From Phyllobates terribilis (lineage: Eukaryota): a stretch of DNA of 64,000 nucleotides. The notes under the pieces are model-generated. The model was not told the DNA's origin, did not search any database, and saw nothing but the letters and a program-made list of their open reading frames with translations. Below are positions 53,500 through 64,000 of this stretch, in pieces. The position numbers and the translations under genes were made by a program. The DNA lies in assembly GCF_046119375.1 (NCBI RefSeq), contig NW_027362762.1, positions 864,962,001-865,026,000 of the forward strand, written 5' to 3'. Within the stretch, counting starts at the first letter, position 1; each line of letters begins with the position of its first letter.

Positions 53500-55020
53500 A
53501 GAGCACCACATGCACAAATCCCCACACTTACATGCCTTAGCTGCTATCAGTGAGGTTATTAATGGCTGTCTGAGGAATATTCTGCAACGGTCAATGCACT
53601 TGAGCAAATCATCAAGATGCGCTGCTGGCAGCTTTCTTTGCAGTTGGACCAATGACGTCTCAGATGTGCTCGATGGGAAACACGTTAGAGATGTTGTAGA
53701 CAGCTCACTGAAAAACAAGAAACATGCGGGCTGGCGTTATCGTGTTGAAAGATGGCTCCTGGGACACTTTGGATAAATAGCCATACCACTAGTTCCACGA
53801 CCAAATCAATGTAACACTGAGCTGTTGGTGTACCTAGACTGAAGACTAGAGGGCTCTGGCTACCATATATTATGCCACCCCAGGCCAATATAGGCCAGAC
53901 ATTAGGCCCTTTCATGACATTGCCAACGAGGTCTCCAGACCACTCTCCGACTATCATTGCGTCCAAGACAAAAGCCAGACTTATTTATTTTACTTACTTA
54001 GAATAGACCGCCATATACATTTTGGTCTGCACTATTGCAGCCTTTGAGAGCGATGGTGTGAAGTTTATGGATCACTTGTATAGTTGGACGTCTGGCCAAT
54101 GTTGTGTAAATGCCTTCTGATTTTGCGAGGTGGCATAACGTACTGTAGCTGGATCCTTCTTGTCTTCTCTCCAAGTGCACTCACAGCTCGGCATTGCATG
54201 GATTTGGTGGTGGAACCAGTGGTGCGGCCATTTTTCCAAAGTGTCTCGAGATCCGTTTTTCAACAAGTCAGGCCGCATTTTGCTCGTGCTACTTCAAGCA
54301 GCCTGTGTGGCCTAAACGTGCTATATCTTGCTATTTCAGTGGTGAGGAGGAAGATCTACAAAGTTTGTGTAACACTAACAAGACATTTCATTGAATGGCA
54401 TGGTTCACTGATGGGCGTTTCAGACCATAAGACCCAGGGGTGGACCCTGTCCTAACAGAACACACCATTCCTGTTAGCATACTGGCATCAATGGATCCAT
54501 CCAATATTAGAGAAAAATAATATAGATATTACTCAGTTCCCTATGGGTTTCTTGGACATTAGCTTTCTGATGACCGGCCAAAAATACCAGACAAATTAGG
54601 ACAGCATTTCTCTTTGCTTGGTAAAACACCAGGCACCATGACGGAGAGACATACTCAATTATAGTTCATGAAGCAAAACGGCGTCTTCAAAAACTACATG
54701 ACATTAGCAATCCACGAGGATTCCCAGAGTCAGATCTGTTATACTATAGGGCTAAACAAGACACGGGACAAACTAGATGGCAGTCGTCTAATCAGATCAT
54801 CAGGGAGTTAGTGTTCTGCCGTGGTCTCACTTTGAGAGCAGCCAAGACGTGTAAGTGCGGAGATTTGTACGCTCACACTCGATGCTGAAGAAATCCATGC
54901 CTTGAAAACATTTCCATTTTTCCATCCCATCATTTACAGATCATTACCATGTCTATCCAACCGGTGATTTCCATCAATCTACGGCTTCTTGGTGTTGTAA
55001 TTTCAATGCTTAGGAGTATA
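53500..55020. mobile_element. Cluster of old Tc1/mariner relic fragments in both orientations
   Basis: Minus 53685-53966 gives AWGGIIYGS...QHDNASPHV; plus ~54100-54300 and ~54780-55020 resemble the reverse complement of the 32870-33830 relic. Confidence 0.6.
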
Positions 55021-58000
55021 TTTTTGGGAATAAAGATTCTCATGGCCATCGTATTCCACAATACAGGTTCTTATTCTACCTCCGAGGTCGAGCATAAAGT
55101 GATGTAGGATTTTGGGCAATTATTATCTGGATATACAAGTTAGCATTTTATTACCTCAAAATAATGAGTAAGGGCCCAATCAGACGATCGCGTATATCAG
55201 ACCGACATCAGAACGCAATGCTCAGACTGGTTGGAGGCTCTCTAGACCTGAGCGTGACAGCTGTATATGAAGCAGTCATGCTCGGGTCAGGAGAGCCCGC
55301 GACCAGTCGGAGCATTGCGTTTTGATCTCAGGCCGATTTATACAGCCACTGACTACGCCCCAAGGCCCTCTTCACACATCCGTTTTTGGGTTTTTTTTCA
55401 TGGATACCACACATAACCATTATAACCTAGGGTGATCTTCACCGTGTGTCCGTGTGAACCACAAGGAGGCTATGGGTCAGTGAAAAACACATAAAACACA
55501 TGGCTGGCATTCATGTGCTGTACATTTTTAACACTGCAAAAACGAGAAGCTTTGTAATTTCATTCTTTTTCCATACCGGAAAAACACAGATGGCACTGGT
55601 ACTGTTTGTTCCGGTACTTATATGGATGTGTGAAAGAAGCCTAAGGCTGAGATTCAGCCATCCATATATGAACCATAATGCACGGACCGCCCAACTCTGA
55701 ACTAACAGCCTCACATATGCCTAGGAAACTGTTAGTTTGGGTCAGGAGACCCACGGTCAGTCCAGTCATTGCAGACTATATGAAGACTGTGAAACTCAAG
55801 ACTTCGCAACCAGCCCGATAATTGGAAAAAAAAAAAAAAAAATCTGTTTCACGGAGCCATGTCAAACTTCATCCCTTTTAGCTGCCTGTGAACTTGGCAA
55901 TCGGAGGCTTATAGTTTTTCAGCTGAGATGGTCCATATGGCGGCACTGACTGGTCAATCACCATAGAAACTGTTGTCTGTCTACCACAGCCCCGATGGCT
56001 GTCAAAGGGGATCTGTCAGCTCAGAAATCCATCCGTAAGCGATGTACCATGTAGTGGGATCATCACAGTAATCGATACACGTAATCTGCATGTGAATATA
56101 ATTAATGCTTTCTCCAAACTTATGCAGCACGTGTTTAAGCTAAAGGATTGGCTCTTCTTAGCCCAAGCTCCTTTAAAAAAAAAAAAAAAAAAAAAAGGAC
56201 CTTTCCGTACCTGGAGACAGATTTTTGGATACTACAGACTCTTTAAATCGGCACTGTATTATTCTCATGCTTCAGATTACCCACGCTCCTGCTGCAACTT
56301 ACTCTGTTTAGGGCAGAAATGAATTCAATAGTTTTTACAATTACTTAGATAAGAAGTGAACATATAAAAAAATGTCTATTGGCTGCAATTACACCACAGA
56401 AGTCACAAGTTTTAAGTGATCGGATTTTCCAGATTATTTTGGCTCTTTAAATTTGTAAAATTTAAGGAGGTGGTCACTGGCATCTGATGGTCTTGGTGCC
56501 CTTCACCGCCGTCAAAAATAACCTCATTTATCAAAATAGTAGGTGAAACTTTAGGGGGTTGAATTTCCTAATGTAGGAACATTGCAGTCTGCAGAGTAGA
56601 TCACCACGAGGCTTGTAGGAAACGCTGAGGAGCTGAATGGATTATTTTGCGCTCCACCCGAGTTCCAACAATTGCAAACCTTTTAGGTCCAATCGTATGT
56701 CTACAGTAAAGATATAGTTATGGTAAAACAATGATGTCTGGACATGGGGATCCAACTCTGAAGAAAAGGAAAGAAGGTCTGAGGGTACAGGATGAAATCA
56801 ATCAGGCATGGGGAATAGACCCCTTTAGTAAAGCTTCTTATCAAGGATTGGGCAAGTAACAAGACCAAAAAGACCCAAAACGTAGCACGAGCCTATGTAG
56901 GATACATAAAACAAGGAAAGGGAGTAATGGAGGTGCTGCATCGGATGACTTGGTCTCAAGTTACTGACTCCCAAAAAAAAACAAAAACAAAAAAAAACAC
57001 GTTGGGGATACGTAGTGCAAACTGTAGACTAGAAGAAAAGCAGTCAAAAAGTGTCCAGATTAAAAAAAAAAAAAAAAAATGCAAATCTGCAGCAAGAGGT
57101 AATTAAATCAGTAAGATTGGCCAGTAAGGCTATGTTCACAGTAGACGTTTTTCAGCTTTTTTTATGCTAATTTTCAGATGCGTTTCATAGTACCAGAAGT
57201 CTGAGATTTCAGAGATCTCATGTACACACATAGGTTTTTGTGTCATCAGTATTTTGTGCTTTGCATGTTTTGCACAATAGAGCATGTCACTACTTTCAGC
57301 GTTTTTCACCCATTGAAAGTAACAGGTGGTGAAACCGCTGAAAAAAAGCCTAGTGTGAACATAGTAGCCATCAGGTTTTTCTGCGTTTTAGTGAAGAAAA
57401 AAAAAAAAAAAGCAAGTAGAGCAGTATGTGAAACTCATTTATTTTTGTGATTTTACAATCTTGCTTGGTCACCTGAGATGGCAGTTTGGATTAGGACAGT
57501 ATAAGTTATGTCTACAGTGTAAACAATACATGTGGCCCATGGAGGTGTGAAATTAAACAATTTCTGAGCAACTCAATGGCAGACCATAGAGTGAAAATAA
57601 ATAGTGTCCTACAAACTCAATGCACTGCCAATGTCTTAGAAAAACTATTCCTGAACAATTCACCTCCCCCCACAGTTACATTTGTAATTTTGGTTAATAT
57701 GGTGACATATGGTTTCACATTGGTGACCTGTGTTCATGCTTCTACGCTGAATTTAGGGATTCTGAAAAACGCAGCAAAACCTGCGTTTTTTGACGCAGCT
57801 TCTTTCCTGCCAAGAGATCAGGTTTTGATGCACAAAAAAAAAAAAAAAAACAAAAAAAACAAAAAAAAAAAAACAAAAACACCTTGTGTGAACATACCCC
57901 AAGACGTCCGATTTACAGAACTCAAACAGATTTGGGCATTGATGGACACACACGGCACCAGACTGACCTCATTGACTAACATATGGCTCGTTTGGTTTAC

Positions 58001-58105
58001 ATTACAGTCATTTTAACAGAAAAGAAGCACACTGGACAAGCATTAATCTCTGGATTAGAACATCAAGCAACTCTACATTGTTGCTGCTTCCCTCTTTTGT
58101 ATAAC

Positions 58106-58111
58106 TTTATT
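58106..58111 (-). terminator. Candidate EMC6 polyadenylation signal AATAAA
   Basis: TTTATT on the + strand, ~400 nt past the EMC6 stop. Confidence 0.55.
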
Positions 58112-58509
58112 TAATATAAGTATATACATAAAGCTAGGAATCGATATACTCAGGTCACAGAACTAGCAGCTGAAGATTTTACTAAGCCATAGAGGTCCAT
58201 ACTTGTATGAGGTCAGTAGTAGGAGACATCGCTGTAGATTAGCAATCGTACATATTACTGCATATTTCATAGACTTTGCTGTGGATTAACATGTAGTGGA
58301 ATCATCTGACACAATACCAGTAACTTCAGTAGCCTATAATAGGTTTAATTCAGGGAGGATTACAGAACTTTCATAAGTTACTAACAGAACCCAAGAAGAA
58401 AGATTCATTTAAAAAGTAACTCTCTAGTCAAATTAATTACTTATTAGGGACGAGTCTTTGAATTCCATTAAAAAGAGTGTTCCTGAAAGGCAGATCCATC
58501 CAGCGTGCT

Positions 58510-58905
<396 letters not shown>

Positions 58906-59552
58906 TCATCAGAAGGAAGGGACTTCGCCATAAAAACAGACACTATTACTCAGGGCTGTGGAGTCGGTAAGCCAAACCTCCGACTCCCTCATACACGGCT
59001 CATGTTTAAGTGATAAGTTTACTGTAGCAGAGATTCATCTCAGCTAAAAGTCTAGACCCTTAGATCAGGAATAGGACATTTCATAACTTTCCCTAATTCT
59101 TATGAAAAAAATATTCCCCACAAACTGCATTGAATTACTGTACCCGATTTATTATATATTTTAGGAGTTGGAGTCTGTCCATTTTACATCGATTCCACCA
59201 AAATGGGCTTTGACTTCATGACTGACTCCACAGCCCTGCTATTACTCCAGTACCACAGGAAATCAACCTACAGCAATGCCTGGGTGACAGGTCGTCTGCT
59301 ATGTCCAGCCAAAAAGACAGACACCGTCAGCAAGAGCATCCAAAGGAGCCCAAAGTGTCACAATTTGGAGCCCATGTGTCATATTTAAAAGGGGCTCTCT
59401 GGTCTAAAAGGGACTTTGTCAGCAAAGACTGACTGTTCAAACCAAGTACAGGTGCTCGGTGCTTCGTGGTGAGGCCATTTATATACACCTTCCAACCTGC
59501 TTGGTGGTTGTTTTTTTTTTATACATCTCAGCCTCTATAAAACCAGAGCTGT

Positions 59553-59555
<3 letters not shown>

Positions 59556-59638
<83 letters not shown>
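59556..59638. repeat. (GT)n microsatellite, ~41 units
   Basis: Uninterrupted GT run. Confidence 0.98.
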
Positions 59639-59639
<1 letters not shown>

Positions 59640-59922
59640 TCATTATGCCGACAGAGTCTCTTTAAGATACAAGACCTGTAATCTTGTGACTCCTCAGATT
59701 GCGCACTGTGAGGATCCACTGGCGCTGGGTCATGTGACCGAGATCTGCACTCCTGGCCACAATCCAACTAGATGGGCGCCGCCTCGCTCAAAGCAAGTGT
59801 ATTGAACAAAGCTGGAAACAATCTAGTCGAAATGTGGCCGGGAGTATGCAAATGGCATATTATATTGGTCACATGACCTCCCGCTCCAAGCACTGAGCAC
59901 AATGTGAGTTTGCAATTGTAGC

Positions 59923-60337
59923 TTAAAGGGAACCTGTCACCAGGAAAAAAACGCTATTAACCTGCAGATATGGTGTTAATCTACAATTAATAGCATTACT
60001 AACCTGCCCGGCGCCTGCACACAGCCGAACGCTGTGGGAAGAAAATGAACATTATTCCCCCCCGGCAGCGTTCCAGCTTCAGTCACTGCTCTCTATATAG
60101 AGAGCGGCAGCTGTAACTGCACCCCCTGCACTTACTGAAAGCCGACCCTAATGCAGAGCGAGTGCAAGTCAAGGCTGGGGGTGTGGTTATAGCTCCGGCC
60201 CCTGACTGAAACCGGAGCGCTGCAGGGAAAATAAAATATAATTTTCGCCCCACAGCGTTCAGCTAAGTGCAGGCGCAAGCTAGTAACAGTGGTAACTTGC
60301 AGATTAACAGCATTTTTGCTGGTGACAGGTTCCCTTT
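59923..60337. mobile_element. TTAA-type palindromic MITE
   Basis: TTAA|AGGGAACCTGTCACCAG ... CTGGTGACAGGTTCCCTTT. Confidence 0.8.
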
Positions 60338-60374
60338 CAGACTGGACAACCTCTTAAAAGTCAATTGGTCCTTT

Positions 60375-62179
60375 GGGGGGGGGGGGGGTCACACAGGAGC
60401 GCGTTATATATAGGGGGGGTCACACAGGAGCGCGTTATATATAGGGGGGGGTCACACAGGAGCGCGTTATATATAGGGGGGGGTCACACAGGAGCGCGTT
60501 ATATATAGGGGGGGTCACACAGGAGCGCGTTATATATAGGGGGGGTCACACAGGAGCGCGTTATATATGGGGGGGGTCACACAGGAGCGCGTTATATATG
60601 GGGGGGGTCACACAGGAGCGCGTTATATATGGGGGGGGTCACACAGGAGCGCGTTATATATGGGGGGGGTCACACAGGAGCGCGTTATATATGGGGGGGG
60701 GGTCACACAGGAGCGCGTTATATATAGGGGGGGTCACACAGGAGCGCGTTATATATAGGGGGGGTCACACAGGAGCGCGTTATATATAGGGGGGGGGTCA
60801 CACAGGAGCGCGTTATATATAGGGGGGGGGTCACACAGGAGCGCGTTATATATAGGGGGGTCACACAGGAGCGCGTTATATATATAGGGGGGTCACACAG
60901 GAGCGCGTTATATATATAGGGGGGTCACACAGGAGCGCGTTATATATAGGGGGGGTCACACAGGAGCGCGTTATATATAGGGGGGTCACACAGGAGCGCG
61001 TTATATATAGGGGGGGTCACACAGGAGCGCGTTATATATAGGGGGGGTCACACAGGAGCGCGTTATATATAGGGGGGGTCACACAGGAGCGCGTTATATA
61101 TAGGGGGGGTCACACAGGAGCGCGTTATATATAGGGGGGGTCACACAGGAGCGCGTTATATATAGGGGGGGTCACACAGGAGCGCGTTATATATAGGGGG
61201 GGTCACACAGGAGCGCGTTATATATAGGGGGGGTCACACAGGAGCGCGTTATATATAGGGGGGGTCACACAGGAGCGCGTTATATATAGGGGGGGTCACA
61301 CAGGAGCGCGTTATATATAGGGGGGGTCACACAGGAGCGCGTTATATATAGGGGGGGTCACACAGGAGCGCGTTATATATAGGGGGGGTCACACAGGAGC
61401 GCGTTATATATAGGGGGGGTCACACAGGAGCGCGTTATATATAGGGGGGGTCACACAGGAGCGCGTTATATATAGGGGGGGTCACACAGGAGCGCGTTAT
61501 ATATAGGGGGGGTCACACAGGAGCGCGTTATATATAGGGGGGGTCACACAGGAGCGCGTTATATATAGGGGGGGTCACACAGGAGCGCGTTATATATAGG
61601 GGGGGTCACACAGGAGCGCATTATATATAGGGGGGGTCACACAGGAGCGCGTTATATATAGGGGGGGTCACACAGGAGCGCGTTATATATAGGGGGGGTC
61701 ACACAGGAGCGCGTTATATATAGGGGGGGTCACACAGGAGCGCGTTATATATAGGGGGGGGTCACACAGGAGCGCGTTATATATAGGGGGGGTCACACAG
61801 GAGCGCGTTATATATAGGGGGGGTCACACAGGAGCGCGTTATATATAGGGGGGGTCACACAGGAGCGCGTTATATATAGGGGGGGTCACACAGGAGCGCG
61901 TTATATATAGGGGGGGTCACACAGGAGCGCGTTATATATAGGGGGGGTCACACAGGAGCGCGTTATATATAGGGGGGGGTCACACAGGAGCGCGTTATAT
62001 ATAGGGGGGGGTCACACAGGAGCGCGTTATATATAGGGGGGGGTCACACAGGAGCGCGTTATATATAGGGGGAGGGTCACACAGGAGCGCGTTATATATA
62101 GGGGGGGTCACACAGGAGCGCGTTATATATAGGGGGGGTCACAGGAGCGCGTTACATATAGGGGGGGGGTCACACAGGA
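60375..62179. repeat. Highly homogeneous ~31-bp G-rich minisatellite (~58 copies)
   Basis: Unit G(5-9)TCACACAGGAGCGCGTTATATATA; variation is almost limited to G-run and TA-run lengths. Confidence 0.98.
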
Positions 62180-62292
62180 ATGTTTTATCCCTTTTATTCT
62201 CATGAACATGGATTAAGATGTGGTGTGAATCTGACCTTGGAAAAATAGTTGCTCTTTCCCAAAAAGAGCCCCACACAGATTTAACAGTGATA

Positions 62293-63137
62293 GGCTGTGT
62301 GCCCACGATGTGTTTTTCAAGCGTTTATGCTGCGGAATTTCCGCAGCGTAAACGCTTCAAAAACGCATAGTAATCCGCCCCCCCATGGTCCCCAATGACA
62401 AGCCGCACTGTCAATGCCCATGCTGCGGATTTACCGCAGCGTTTATGCTGCGCTCAAAAATCCGCAGCAGGTCCATTAATTTTGCGGAAGAGCAGCGTAA
62501 TCGCCGCCATTGACTTGCATTGAGACGCACATAATCCGTGTCAGTACATTTGTACTCACGGATTATATGCGTTGCAAAGTGCGGATGGTACCCAAGTCTG
62601 GAGGAGAAGAGACTCTCATCCAGACCTGGGTACCAAAGAACATGTAAAAAAAAATGAATAAAATTTAAAAATAAAGATTATATTCACCTTCCGACGGCCC
62701 CCGGTCTCCTTCCCTGTGCTTGCGGGCAGGACTGAAGGACCTCCGGTGACGTCACAGTCATGTGACCACAGGCCCTTCAGTGCAGTGTCCCGCGATCAGC
62801 TGGCAGCCAGGAACGAGCGCAGCAACACACGCCGGGCCATCGGAAGGTAAGTATAGGTTTATTTTTTTATTTTTAAACATTCTTTTACGGTCACACTATA
62901 TAAATCCATGCCGGTTGCATGGATTTATATAGTGTGACCTAGTTGTCAAGCACTTTCCAAGTGATGCTAGAATCGCCTGGAAAGCGCTTGTCAATCCGCA
63001 TGAGGAAAAGCATGGAAATAACGCTTCAAATCCGCATGTATTTGGCAGGAAAAACACATGCACAATCTGCATGCGTTTTTTCTGCCAGGGAGATGCAGAA
63101 ATGCTGCAGAAATTTTCTGCATCGTGGGCACATAGCC
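62293..63137. mobile_element. Harbinger-type MITE (~845 bp)
   Basis: TIR GGCTGTGTGCCCACGATG / CATCGTGGGCACATAGCC. Confidence 0.75.
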
Positions 63138-63147
63138 TTAAACTAGA

Positions 63148-63912
63148 TGTGACATGCAGAAGTTGTGCTTCAGAAGCATTCAGCAACTAGAGGGGTTAAC
63201 ACAGTCACAGGAGACAGGGAGTGTTTTAGCAGAGCCCCAGGGGGATTGTGGGGAACTTGTCATTGTAGTCTGGCTGAAGCTGAAGAGAAAGGTGGTGTGT
63301 TATCTGGTTCTGACAGAAGGCAACTCAACAGGATTCAGATCAGGAGTGAAACTAAACACAGGTCAGATACTCTGCACTGTTAGTTCAGGGAGTTTATTAT
63401 CCAGGAAGATAAGGACTGGAAGGAATTGTGTCACAGGGATTATCTCCCTCCTCAAACCCTCACCCCTCCATCTCCATGCAGGATAAGGAATGCTGTGTAT
63501 TATTGTGTCCTTGTGAAGAAAAAGCCTGTGGTTGTGTATGCATAGAAGTGTGCTGCTAAGAGATCTATCTAATCTATGCTGAATTATGCTACTGAAGAGA
63601 CTAATACTGTGCTTTGTGAAAAAACTACTGTATTGTTACTGGAGCCAGTTGCTCAAAAAACTCAGACTGTACTGTAATGAAGATTGTTGCTGTAATATCC
63701 CTGAATTGCACTGGCCGTGCTTCAGATTAAATTCCACTGTAAAACTGTTGAAAAAGACTCTTGTCAGATGTGTCTGGTCAGCAATTGAATCTATCGTGTG
63801 CCTGAGAGAAGAAGCAGCCTATGGTCGCCCCGAGTAACAGTTCCCCCAAGATTCCAAAGAATTCATGAAACCAGTCTCGCCCCTATCTGAGCCTAGCGGT
63901 GTGTGTGTAACA
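63148..63912. mobile_element. Probable solo LTR (765 bp)
   Basis: TGTGAC...GTAACA termini; flanks TAGA/TACA (4-bp TSD, one mismatch). Confidence 0.55.
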
Positions 63913-64000
63913 TACACTTTAGGGGGCCTGACGGTTCGGTGACTCTGCAAAACCATTGTTGGCGATGGTCAGAACTGTAGAGGATTGTAAAACAGAACAG

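Noticed and set aside
59459-60789. ORFs such as MCVCVCV..., HTHTHT... and MGGVTQERVIY...
   Set aside because: Translations of the (GT)n microsatellite and the 31-bp minisatellite.

Overview
Repeat-rich vertebrate genomic DNA, very likely anuran (frog); this is inferred from the transposon landscape, and no species call can be made. Two protein-coding genes converge. (i) The 3' two-thirds of a P2X5 purinoceptor gene (P2RX5, + strand): eight coding exons, homologous to exons 5-12, at 19746-50143, all with canonical AG/GT sites and consistent phases. Exons 1-4 were not found and probably lie upstream of the window. (ii) EMC6 (- strand), one coding exon at 58510-58842. Positions 1-13293 are a 52-bp satellite with nested higher-order repeats (16-, 35- and 71/72-mer) that abuts a decayed hAT transposase. 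The rest is dense in transposons: three full-length Tc1 elements (one with an uninterrupted DD34E ORF), Tc1 fragments including a Frog Prince-like arm, a 5'-truncated CR1 LINE with an open RT ORF, five solo LTRs with target-site duplications, a non-autonomous Helitron carrying a CCAAT/hairpin array, a 4-kb TTAA element, many MITEs and several minisatellites. The most unusual signals are a tandem pair of degenerate minimal hammerhead ribozymes just downstream of the P2RX5 poly(A) signal, a 208-bp-arm palindrome, the Helitron CCAAT array with one flipped monomer, and inverted Tc1 copies bracketing an in-frame block of exons 7-11. No CRISPR array, rRNA or tRNA is supported.
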